DNA of 33,603 nucleotides, taken from NCBI GenBank assembly GCA_000320545.1, contig ADNK01001795.1, positions 1-33,603 on the forward strand, written 5' to 3'. Positions within the stretch are counted from its first letter, which is position 1, and every line of letters begins with the position of its first letter. The translations under genes were made by a program, and so were the position numbers. This stretch comes from Bigelowiella natans CCMP2755 (lineage: Eukaryota; Protista; Cercozoa). The notes under the pieces are model-generated. The model saw only the letters and a program-made list of their open reading frames with translations, was not told the origin of the DNA and searched no databases. Below are positions 9,601 to 19,416 of the stretch, one piece after another.

Positions 9601-11622
9601 CTCCGTTATCTGTCGGATGGTCTTGCCGGGGTTCTTCTTCCGTAGCTCGGTAGGTGTAGGTAGCTTGTTGTCCGCTAGGTCCATAAACTCTAACGCATTA
9701 ACGCTTGACTCAGAGGTCCACTCGTCAAGCCGTATCATGTTCTGGCTGATGGTCCTGCCTGACTTCTTTGGCAACTTAGCAAAGTATATCTTGTGATTGT
9801 AGAATGATATGATCCCCCCTAATTTTTCTAGGGCATCCTGTCCGAGGAGTAGTTCCATGGATAAAGTCATGGCTACTCGGGTCTTGATTTGGGTCTCCGC
9901 GTCGCTGCCAGGTATCTGTAGCTTTAGCATTAGCTCACCGACGGTCTTCATGGAAGAGCTTCCGTCTGCTTGAGCATATTTACGTTCTTTCTTAGTCACT
10001 TGATCCAATAGTCCTAACCTTCTTACTGTGCTTAGGCTTATGAAGGACTTCGGCATGCTGCCACTATCCCAAAGGGCAGGTAGTTTCTTGTAGTCTCCGT
10101 AGCTGTCTTTAACTTTAACCTTGGTCATAGCAACTTTGATAGTCCTGTTAGCGTCTTCGTCATTAATGTTGCATACTCCTAAGTTCTTTATGTCGTCTAG
10201 GGTCATGGGCTTGTCTTGGTCCTGCGTTGCTGGTACTGCTGTCTTCGTCGGCGCCTGCTTAAGGTGATCTAATATTCCGTTTATCTGCTGCTGTATAGCA
10301 TTGATACTGTTCTGCTTTTTGTTCTTATATTTATTGTTCTTCCCGTTGTTGCTGCCTTGCCATTTGCTGTTGTTATATCCTTGTCCTCTGCCTTTCTTTC
10401 TCTTTAACTTCTCGTAGTGTTCGTTGAGCTGCCTGATCGTCATCCTGGGTCGTCCTTCTTTCCTGTCTCTGCAGTCTTTAGCGGTGTGTTTCCCTTTACG
10501 TGAGCAGTATCCGCAACGTCGGTTACCTTCCCTGTCCTTGTACCAGTCTCGCTGCGGCTTAATAGCGTTAATGTTTCCTATGCCAGGTACCTTAGGGCTG
10601 GTAAACTTGCGGTCCTGCTCCTGCTCGCGTAGGGATATAGCCTGCACTGCTGCCTCCATCGTGGTGTAGCCTTTCTCCGTAACGTAAGTGGATTCCTTTA
10701 TCTTTAACTTGAACTCTTCAAACCTTGCCTGATCATCACCTGTGTTGTAATTAAAATCATGTAGTTCGTCGATCATATCCTGGAAGCGCGTGGCAAAGTC
10801 TCTAACAGGTTCTCTCTCATGCTGCATCATTGCTCTGTATTTTCTAATAGCCTGGGGTAGGGAGTTAGCATCCTGTTCATTTACAAAAGCCTTCATTATC
10901 GCCTCAACGTCTCGTAGCCCACTAACTGTAGTGTGTATTTTCTCTAGCTGCCTGATCCGGGTCCTGCCTGTCTCGTAAAGGTCCATGGCTTGCTTTATTA
11001 TAGCTAGCCATTTGAGCTTGTCGTTTTCGGTGGGGTTAGGGGTAAAGTCGCAGAGTATACTCCTAGCGTTCTTCCACCACCTCCTTGCCTCACCTCTTTT
11101 CCCGTTGTATTTCGTTATCATAACCGGTGCTGTTTTAACAGACATGAACTGGGTGTTCCGCTGTACCGGCTGCTGCTGCTTGACGGTGCTCTGGGTCGTC
11201 CCCCGCGAGGCGCCCAGACCCCCGTCGTTCCTAAACAAAGCTGCCCACTCTGGAGGTAAGTCTGCTTCGTAATCCATGATGTCCTGCATGATAGCTGCCC
11301 AAACATCATGTGTCTGATACTTGTATTCTATCGATACTTTCAGTTTGGCGTAGTTGCTCGCCCTGGGTCGCAAGGCTCGTAATGCCATTACGACCTTCTT
11401 GCTTTCGGCGGCCACGTCCTCGTCGTCCGCCTCGTAGAAGTTCTCCAGTGCCTCTGCTGCTGCATCTGCTTTCTTAATCCCGGGTGCTGGTCCCGGCGGT
11501 GCCTGTGGAGGTGTTCCTCCTCCTTCCTTAGCGTCCGTATCGCCCTTCCTTTCCTGTTTCTGCTCGTGCCCTTGCACGGCCTGCGAGCCAAAGTCCTGCT
11601 GTTCTTCTAGCTGCTGTGACAT
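6649..11622 (-). CDS. Gag-Pol polyprotein (1657 aa): Gag with Zn knuckle, aspartic protease, reverse transcriptase, RNase H, integrase, C-terminal Dam-like methyltransferase-fold domain
   Basis: Zn knuckle CGYCSRKGKHTAKDC. Protease ALWDSGS...LLLGQDAL. RT LDKNESYMQ, FPYGL, YVDDD. RNase H TDWS...YSPTKGE...TDHKPL...LADYFSR. Integrase HGPAH...YYWP...CRC, QIDVY, VDNET, SNSKVERLHRTL, then a GPY/F-like PFWGG...RHISHLK. Single uninterrupted ORF. Confidence 0.95.
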   Translation of the reverse strand: MSQQLEEQQDFGSQAVQGHEQKQERKGDTDAKEGGGTPPQAPPGPAPGIKKADAAAEALENFYEADDEDVAAESKKVVMALRALRPRASNYAKLKVSIEYKYQTHDVWAAIMQDIMDYEADLPPEWAALFRNDGGLGASRGTTQSTVKQQQPVQRNTQFMSVKTAPVMITKYNGKRGEARRWWKNARSILCDFTPNPTENDKLKWLAIIKQAMDLYETGRTRIRQLEKIHTTVSGLRDVEAIMKAFVNEQDANSLPQAIRKYRAMMQHEREPVRDFATRFQDMIDELHDFNYNTGDDQARFEEFKLKIKESTYVTEKGYTTMEAAVQAISLREQEQDRKFTSPKVPGIGNINAIKPQRDWYKDREGNRRCGYCSRKGKHTAKDCRDRKEGRPRMTIRQLNEHYEKLKRKKGRGQGYNNSKWQGSNNGKNNKYKNKKQNSINAIQQQINGILDHLKQAPTKTAVPATQDQDKPMTLDDIKNLGVCNINDEDANRTIKVAMTKVKVKDSYGDYKKLPALWDSGSMPKSFISLSTVRRLGLLDQVTKKERKYAQADGSSSMKTVGELMLKLQIPGSDAETQIKTRVAMTLSMELLLGQDALEKLGGIISFYNHKIYFAKLPKKSGRTISQNMIRLDEWTSESSVNALEFMDLADNKLPTPTELRKKNPGKTIRQITELLDKTPPADDWDIDKGKKYINKILNEKYSDITKPTTKPSSKLTPVKIELKKGYEECIINDPEHRRPEADWEKIEWQINEWAKEGKIEPSNSPWNVRHVLAKKPTYPFFRLAHNFIRHNRVIKRIQTPTPRIDDVIEHVIGYKYYSSLDKNESYMQTPIHKTSRPITAFSSRHRKWHFVVFPYGLSISGDAFSSQNYRAYTHDGMASVLWVFVFVYVDDDIICTNTVVAQIFLLENIFIRFAHFGFTIRLQKCTFLATRIKWCGYYLEQGRITPNPEKVAALQQAPKPKNAKELKSFLQTAAWILRRFSPTYARTAAAFTTAYRKENSVGLSFAKVWAKAGLDAHFDNLIKLCSNTLLNAKLDTTRPATLWTDWSKLGMAAVLTQDQQIIRVWGRACTAAEAKYSPTKGEYKAMTEAQRKLRHYLLSVPSFTLMTDHKPLLGIDRKLEAPNDEYAAMRADTEEFRDKRTVVYAPGDKQLADYFSRLFEKKVPTQVTPMVNAITFEDGDFLPEPEELQHLQEHLDKYKHKHEVLSDRIYVYTNNVRRTYVPRRTRGALLFTAHGPAHVGENHITALLYHYYWPYKLKEIRTYLRGCRCSSLKAAGVATKESSKSRASKKIKARNFLDIVQIDVYKYDGYHYLTFVDVATGKCWVKKIIKVNVAKKNKGLYKQRLTNCYRTWESELQAIPDEVSINKIPKKLHVDNETSLLQLPHPNIDASPVYYAQSNSKVERLHRTLANLSRINSTTPDKIQGLVNDTFTSGGGIKDKEREEGDDNDDDTESEDEKVPYDGRVLKEGQYVRAKVNLRSRNKQDPFWGGVAKVTERKGRKQYYIYDGNRVTLRHISHLKNYDIGEKLLEDVKVNPTVWERAMPCLGPRPKFDVEYGNNKVRVNDDWRMKIVYLGYPGLRNMERVAMKIKDGKYQLLYLAVPDLPFEHWYKVLGDLDAEGWYGHEPKDEGEFWVSDKGDKVREESITWWLVKFRKR

Positions 11623-11633
11623 TGTTAGTCAAA

Positions 11634-11656
11634 TCGTTTCCCGTGTGTGGAAGCCA
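11634..11656 (-). promoter_or_regulatory. Putative primer-binding site (tRNA-Glu/Asp-like 3' end)
   Basis: Minus strand TGGCTTCCACACACGGGAAACGA begins 5 nt after the LTR CA. Its complement TCGTTTCCCGTGTGTGGAAGCCA resembles a tRNA T-arm, acceptor stem and CCA. tRNA identity is inferred only. Confidence 0.7.
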
Positions 11657-11661
11657 AATGT

Positions 11662-11818
11662 TGTTGCGCGTAAGGTGTTCACAGGCCGAGGCGCTACGTG
11701 CACAAGTAGGCAGGGGGGGGGAAAGGCACGTTTGCTTCCTTTTGAGAGTTGTGTATATTTTTATTAAATCGTGCACTGCGTAATCATTCGCGAAGCTTTC
11801 GCGAATGCCGCCGCACGT
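11662..11818 (-). repeat. Truncated 5' LTR (157 bp; only the PBS-proximal half is retained)
   Basis: Direct repeat of 6272-6447 except for a 1-bp and an ~18-bp deletion. Stops at CACGT, where the inverted arm begins. Confidence 0.9.
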
Positions 11819-12868
11819 CTGGGGGAGGTATCAAGGATAAGGAGAGGGAAGAAGGCGACGACAACGACGACGATACCGAGAGCGAAGACGAGAAGGTCCC
11901 GTACGATGGCCGAGTTCTAAAGGAAGGACAGTATGTTAGGGCCAAGGTAAATCTGAGATCGAGAAATAAACAAGACCCCTTCTGGGGTGGCGTTGCAAAG
12001 GTTACCGAGAGGAAGGGGAGGAAGCAGTACTACATCTATGATGGGAACAGGGTCACCTTGCGCCACATCAGTCACCTAAAGAATTATGATATCGGTGAGA
12101 AGCTCCTAGAGGATGTTAAAGTAAACCCTACTGTGTGGGAGCGAGCCATGCCTTGTTTAGGACCCCGACCTAAGTTCGATGTGGAATATGGAAATAATAA
12201 GGTCAGGGTGAACGACGATTGGCGCATGAAGATTGTCTATCTAGGCTACCCTGGATTACGAAATATGGAGAGGGTAGCTATGAAAATAAAGGACGGAAAA
12301 TATCAGCTACTCTACCTAGCTGTTCCCGACTTACCCTTTGAGCACTGGTATAAGGTCCTGGGGGACCTTGATGCAGAGGGCTGGGATGGACACGAACCTA
12401 AGGACGAAGGTGAGTTCTGGGTAAGCGACAAAGGAGATAAGGTTAGAGAGGAATCTATTACCTGGTGGTTGGTGAAGTTCCGAAAGCGATAAAGGTCTAA
12501 GGGAATAAGGAAGGAAGGAAGGAGCAACGTGACTTGGGGGAGGTGTAGTGCGTACTACTACGCGAGCACAAGTCACGTGCGACAACAAAGGGGTTGTCGC
12601 GGATATAGAATATAGATAACGTAGATATTAATACAGTATAGGCACGTGGGTTCCGGCGGGACTCATGGCAGCACACCGGAAGTGTGCTGCCCCACGTGCG
12701 GCGGCATTCGCGAAAGCTTCGCGAATGATTACGCAGTGCACGATTTAACAAAAATATAATCTTTAATAAAAATAAACAAAACTCTTCAAAAGGAAGCAAA
12801 CGTGCCTTCCCCCCCCCTGCCTACTTGTGCACGTAGCGCCTCGGCCTGTGAACACCTTACGCGCAACA
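11814..12868 (+). repeat. Inverted copy of the element's 3' end (integrase C-terminus, MTase-like domain, PPT, full LTR at 12544-12868)
   Basis: Reverse complement of 6272-7327 with about 11 differences counted by eye. ORF 11749-12492 repeats the last ~225 aa of the polyprotein with one Y>D change. Confidence 0.95.
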
Positions 12869-14700
12869 TCTACGTTCCCCTTCGCTTTCTTCGGTATCAG
12901 CACAGTGACATTTCGTTCATAATCCAAATCATACCTAAATTTGCATCGGGATTCAAAACCAAGTAGAAATGGAATCGGATCGAATTCTAAGACAAAACAT
13001 TTCAAAAGTCGGTAATATTTTTCCTCGGCGTTTCTACGTTCCAGCATTTGAAATTTCGAAAATCGACTTTTATCGAGAACGACATGATAAATTTGATATA
13101 TATGTTCAAATTGGAGTAAATATTGACATAGTATTCGATATCCCGGGTTGAATTTACTAGTCCGGGACCCGAAGACGGGTTAACCGTAAGAGCGGACAAC
13201 CGACCCCCAGTCTTTCAGATCAAAAAGCTTAGGCTTAAGTGTAAGTTTTTATTCCAATCCCAGATTCATAAAAATGCATTTAAGGATCATAATAATTGTA
13301 TGTACTCCAAGTCGTATGATGTAATAAGCATGAAATCTCTGCAAGATCTTGAAAGATAGTGTGCTCCAGATATCTTATATTTCCGGTTTAATAAAATTTG
13401 AGGAAGCTGAAATCTTTCTACTTTCATGTTGTTAGTCGAAAAATGCTTTGACGCCATATGAGAATCAAGGGATTTACGAACAAATCTCTTAACCCATGAT
13501 ATTTCTTCGGTATTTCAATATTTTTTCGAATGTGCTCTCTTAGAATCTGATCCAACTGATCTGCTTTACCAAAACAAATCTAAAGATTCTGTGGACATCT
13601 GGTTAAATTTTTGAATGCGATGTCCTGAAATTTGAAGAAAAGGAGAATTTTATTTCCAAAATTGTCGTATTCTGGGCTAGAATTTCTACATTGTCTTAGC
13701 GGCATAGCTCAGGCTCTATTGTTTGTCGTAACTCAAATTGTGAAAGACCAAAAATCTGAAAGTCTGCAACGTGGAATGCCAAAGCGTTGCCTACAAGAGC
13801 ACCAGTTCTCGTAGGCACGTGCGGATCAAAAATTCTACGAGAGTAACGATAGTGAAAAGTAGGGAAAAGTACCAGCCCAACTAACTAAAAAATATCAAAA
13901 TAAGGAAAAATGATATGACTTTTTCTAGAAACAAACATGTCCTACAGGCCTGTAATATTTTCTCGTAGATCTAGGAAGTATCCTTGCTCTACGAGTATTC
14001 TTTTTGCCCAAAGGCATGTCACCATGCTGATGAGAATTATGGACTGTTGAACAAAAAACCGGTACTACGAGCAGAAAACATGCGAAGGATTCTTCCTTAC
14101 GACAACAACAAAAAACAAGCCGATTCTTCCTTGCGACAACAAAAAAAACCAAGGTAAACGGAATCCAAGAGTGGAACGGAACCTACTGCGAGCAGGAACT
14201 CATCCGCCTACTCAACAACACAACTACTGCTTCCGGCTCTTTCTATTATTTGTTATCCACATTGGAGGGTGGGTGATTGGGTTAGATGATGATCTTTCGG
14301 AGCCTCCATTTCATTGCCCAGGGACCAAGTAAATTGCATTGCTAAAATTATGTTCAGAGAGGCTGCTGCTGCTGCTGCTGCTAAATTGTTGTCGTCGTCC
14401 GTCTCCCCCCCACCCCCTTCCACCAATAATAGATACTCGGTTCCGGCATTCAGCTCACCGAATCCGAGCGTTAGCGACATCTTCCAGGGTTCTCCTCCAT
14501 AGACAATTGACCCTGTCTGCGGCATCATCGAATAGAGATTTGAAATGTACTCCCTTAAGCAGTATGTTCCAGCACAAGGTTGTTTAGACAAAAGAACATC
14601 TTTCGCTCACAATGCGGTTGGATGATTGCAGCAGTAGTATCTCCATCATTTAATAATGGTGTTGTTGTTATATGATTTTAGGCAGTAGTTTTGACTACTC

Positions 14701-14784
14701 GATTTACCTCCTATCGCTCTATGTCAACAGATCATTCAAACAGATTTACCTCCTATCGCTCTATGTCAACAGATCATTCAAACA
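14701..14784. repeat. Perfect 42-bp tandem duplication
   Basis: GATTTACCTCCTATCGCTCTATGTCAACAGATCATTCAAACA occurs twice head-to-tail. Confidence 0.9.
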
Positions 14785-14929
14785 GAAGTAGTACTCAATT
14801 CACACATAATCCACATCCACCACCATCGTCACCACACCGATGATGCCCTTACTAACAAATCATTAAAGTTGGAATTCTCGGTAAAGGATAGAATACGCAG
14901 CAGTCATATGCAGTGATAAATTATGTATC

Positions 14930-14960
<31 letters not shown>

Positions 14961-14994
14961 GAAATAATGTCGGTATCATTTGTTGGAGTAAGAT

Positions 14995-15163
14995 GAAAAT
15001 CCCAAAGGCGGTTCTGAAAAGAAATCATCGGGGAAAGATGACAATAGAGGCAACAACAGCAACAATAACAGTAGTGGTGTGGGGCGTGTGGGGATAGCAG
15101 GAGCGTTAGCTGTGGTAATACTAATCGATTATGATTATTATTATCAATTTGATCACGATCCCT

Positions 15164-15216
<53 letters not shown>

Positions 15217-15236
15217 CACACTCACGCAGAATTAAA

Positions 15237-15274
<38 letters not shown>

Positions 15275-15916
15275 TATTATATAATTAATATTATATATAT
15301 AAAAAAAAAAATCAATTAATATATATTTGATATTCATTGGTTCCCTTGCGTTGTTGTTATGACAATTGCTGCTGTGTCTGCTAATAGTTACTTAGTAAAA
15401 CAAAATGGGTATTTGCTGCTGCAAAGGTAAGATATAATAAACATGTGTTGCATATAATCTATCCAGAGCAGCATCCTCACTATCAGACATCGAATATGAA
15501 TTAAGTCAATTTTCGTTAGTGAAAAACGGAATGAAGGGCATATTTTATTGATTTGTTGCTGTGGTACTGCTATCCTTAAAGTTGACAAAACTGAGCTCTC
15601 TGGCGTCCATTGCAGTATCTATTGGAACTTACAGCATGTTTTATGGATGGAAGTACTAACCATATATATTAATATATATATATATATATTATATACATAT
15701 TTATACAACAGCAGGAGAGGAAAAGAGCACATCTTAAAGCCCTTTGCGGCATACATATATCTTATAATAAAAACGTGTGGTTTTCTCGTGTCAATGATGT
15801 ATATTTGTTTGTTTGTGAATTATATCCCATCTATATCATGCAGGCTGGTGATTCTTTTTCTTCTAATTCTTTGAAATATACCACAACAACAAGAACAACA
15901 ACTACCATCCTTCTCA

Positions 15917-15948
<32 letters not shown>

Positions 15949-16016
15949 TTACTACCACCACTAACACAAGGTATGCAGCAGGAATCGTTGGTTTGATTTA
16001 CATCCACGAGGTATTA

Positions 16017-16050
<34 letters not shown>

Positions 16051-17765
16051 CATATGTTAAAGATGTTCTTGTATTTGTACTATTATTTCTGGTAGTGATT
16101 GAGAAGTAAGATATGAGAAAAGAAAAAATGCTGGTTATTTTGGTGGATGATGGTGTGAAATGGAAACAAGTTGATAGAATCAGAAATCATCAATGCACTT
16201 GTAGCTACAAAAGATAGATAGTAACAGTAATAAATTATTCTGCAGCTGAAACGATTAGAAGGGAACAAGTCAGAGAAGTAGAAGAAGAATAAAAAATTGT
16301 TCTTCATTTTCTTTTGACTATAGTATTTATCTTCCAAGTATGTGTTATGTCTCATCATCATCCTCATCTTCTTCTTACATGCATACAGGCAGGGCATGCA
16401 ATAGCCATGGTGCGGCATGATATAAAAGTTGGTGGAATGTTGTTTATTCCATTTATGGGGGCTGCGGTACTATTACTTAATGATTAGTAGCAATGATGTG
16501 CTAATTCAAACAACTACAACTAAGATAATTATTTTAATAGATGTGAGTTGAAAGAGAATACTTAATGAGATAAAACAGTTTAACAAGTCTTCCTACTTTT
16601 CATCCTCCTCGTCCTCCTACTTCTTCTTCCTTATAATTCTCACCATTCTTCTTGCTTGTTGTTGTTGTTTTTGTTGTTCTGTTCTTCCTAGGTGAGCATG
16701 GATTCCAAACCTAAAGATCCGTACGTCAATGCCTATGTCGCTCTTGCTGGTAACCACACCAACAACAACAACAATATAATAATATAATACGGTGCATATA
16801 GCAGCAGCAGCAGCAGCAGCAGCAGCAGACTATGGATAAGATATTTTTGTCCCATTCGAGCTGCTCGTTATTACAACCATGTACTCATCATCATCCTGTC
16901 TTTTGTTGTTGTTGTTGTTATTGTTGTTCTTCTTCTTTCTTCTACATAATAGGCCCAGTGTGTGGAACTATGGGGGCTCTAATACCCTTCGGCTTTGCTT
17001 TAACAACAGGCTCTCAAATGGCGTTTGCACTTGCGGATTTTGGGTTGTGTGTTGTCGTTATAATAACCCTAATGACTAGCAGTAATGGTTATAGTGTGTG
17101 CTGTTCTGTTTCATATTACGTGCATGTTATTACCCTTCCTAAATTTAAGTAGTAGATGTAGATAACTACAATAGAAGAAGAACAGGTATGCTAGTAGCAG
17201 TTTTAATAGTTCTTTTTACTGCACTTATTCTTCTCACGGTTGCCTATTGTCATTGACATAAAGGTTTATGGTAAATTTGTTTAACATGGCTCCGATCGGT
17301 ACACTGCAACCACTAGAGCACTTTTATTACTACAACTACTCTACTACTACTACTACTACTATATCTTTGATATGGCCTTACATTGTTTCTTAGACGATAA
17401 TCATCCAATTATCCTTCACTTCAAGCTCAACCATGAACAAATCACAGCTGCATTATCACTTTTTCCATACACAATTAATTATTCTTCAACTATTTCTCCT
17501 ACTCTTCCTGCTCTTCCTACTACTCCTCCTCCTCCTCCTCCTCCTCCTCCTCCTCCTACTACTACTACTACTACTCCTACTACTGCTACAATGGATAGGA
17601 ATGCTGGATGGTGGGAGAATTGCCCCAATAATTCATCCAAATCTCATCTACATGGTAGTAGTAGTAGTAGTAGTGGTAGTAGTAGTAGTCGTCGTAGCAA
17701 GCAGCAGCAGCAGCATGATTGTGGAGAGAAGGATGGTGATGATGATCTGTTTATCGGTCGTGTTT

Positions 17766-17799
<34 letters not shown>

Positions 17800-17994
17800 G
17801 GGTCTTGCTGGAGGGCTAACCTACATGTACTTTGTTCCTACATTCCATCCGGTACTATTACTTACTACTTCTAGTACATAAAAGCACCACATCAGAATTA
17901 AGTTGTTTACCTTCTTCCTCTCTTTCTGTCTTTGGCCTTCTTCTCGTCCTCTTCTCTGCTATTCTTCTTATATCTATCTATTGTCCATCCATGC

Positions 17995-18064
<70 letters not shown>

Positions 18065-18153
18065 CAGGTTTTCGTCATTGTATTGCTCTCTGGATGCTAC
18101 AATGCCTACCAAAAATTCAATGGAAATGACTCACAAACGGTATCTTGACATTA

Positions 18154-18185
<32 letters not shown>

Positions 18186-19088
18186 ACATGCTGCTGCTGC
18201 TGCTTTAGATCATCCTCTGATCGCTGTAGCTGCTGCTAAAGTTCCTCTACACACACCACCCGCACCGTTAGTAATGCAGATGATAAAGTTCCAACTATTG
18301 TGTTATAAATCAACTCGATTCTCATCGCACACGCGTTTAATAGCCTTCCTCTCTCTCTCTCTCTCTCTCTCCCTCCCTCTCTCTCCACCACTATGTAATT
18401 GATATTGAGGTGTAATATGATTTGATATGTGTGTGTGTGTGCTTTGTGTATGCTTTGTGTGTGTTTTCAGGTAAAAGATTTGGAATCGATTAGCAGCTCA
18501 CAACGAATGTCTATCATTGCTGGGTAGTAGTAGGGTTACTATATTATGTTGTCACATTATTATCGATGTTTCTTCCTCGTTTGTTACGCATAGCAGCAAA
18601 GATGCAGATGATACGTTAAATTGATTGGCTGATTGGTAGAATATTAAAGGAAGGAAGGGCTGATTTTTTGTATAAGACATTAAAAAAAATGTATGTTCTT
18701 CTTTCTCATCACATCTTATTTTCTACATGCATCTGTTTAATATTTTTATACGATGTGTTGTGCTGTCTCTTTTATCCTGTGTTTTTGCTCTTTTTGAGGT
18801 ATTTTGGACTCCTGATATTCCTCCTAGCTATGCTGTATCAAACATCTATGTAAGTGCTAATCAACTAAAGATCATTCGAAGGAAAAAAAGAAGAAATATA
18901 GAATTTAGTATTGGAAAAGTGATATTAATCACGATTATTTCCATCATTAACATCGATAATTTGTAGAGATTTTTAGTATCATCATTCTCTTAAGCATGGG
19001 TATTACCACTACGAACAATAGGTACAAGAAAGATGCAGAGATACTGAGGTATGACGACGACAACAACAACAACAACAACAAACTACCG

Positions 19089-19134
<46 letters not shown>

Positions 19135-19367
19135 TGCTACTAACACTACCAACACCACTAATACAACTACGATTTGATTTGTGCACTTTTTAATGTTTAA
19201 ATATCATTATTCATTGTTATCATTATCGTCATCTTTTCTACTGCTGACTAATTGCAATATTAAAGAGAAGAAGAAGAAGAAGAAGAAGAAGAAGAAGAAT
19301 ATTACCTTCCACATCTAATCAACTAGAACATTTTTATGAACCACCACCACTACATGGAATATGATAA

Positions 19368-19416
<49 letters not shown>

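Larger units (their letters stand above)
6272..12868 (-). mobile_element. Ty3/gypsy-type LTR retrotransposon locus with rearranged 5' end (inverted duplication of its 3' ~1.05 kb)
   Basis: TG...CA termini, LTR copies, PBS, PPT and an intact gag-pol with domain order PR-RT-RH-IN. 6272-7327 is the reverse complement of 11814-12868. Confidence 0.95.

Noticed and set aside
7196-11272. Plus-strand ORFs antisense to gag-pol (e.g. 9332-9796, 7891-8283)
   Set aside because: Shadow frames of the long ORF with no recognisable motifs.
6272-12868. DNA transposon, Polinton or true DIRS element suggested by the long terminal inverted repeats
   Set aside because: The repeats consist of LTR, PPT and pol coding sequence. 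There is no transposase, pPolB or tyrosine recombinase, and PBS, PPT and DDE integrase indicate a Ty3/gypsy element.
12869-12876. TCTACGTT right flank matches 8 bp inside the LTR, hinting at nested insertion into the 5' LTR
   Set aside because: The match stops after 8 bp and the rest of the LTR does not follow, so it is compatible with chance.
14921-19193. Many ORFs with poly-L/V/I/H/T or YIYI/CVCV runs
   Set aside because: Translations of intronic microsatellites. The real coding signal is the spliced M50 exons.
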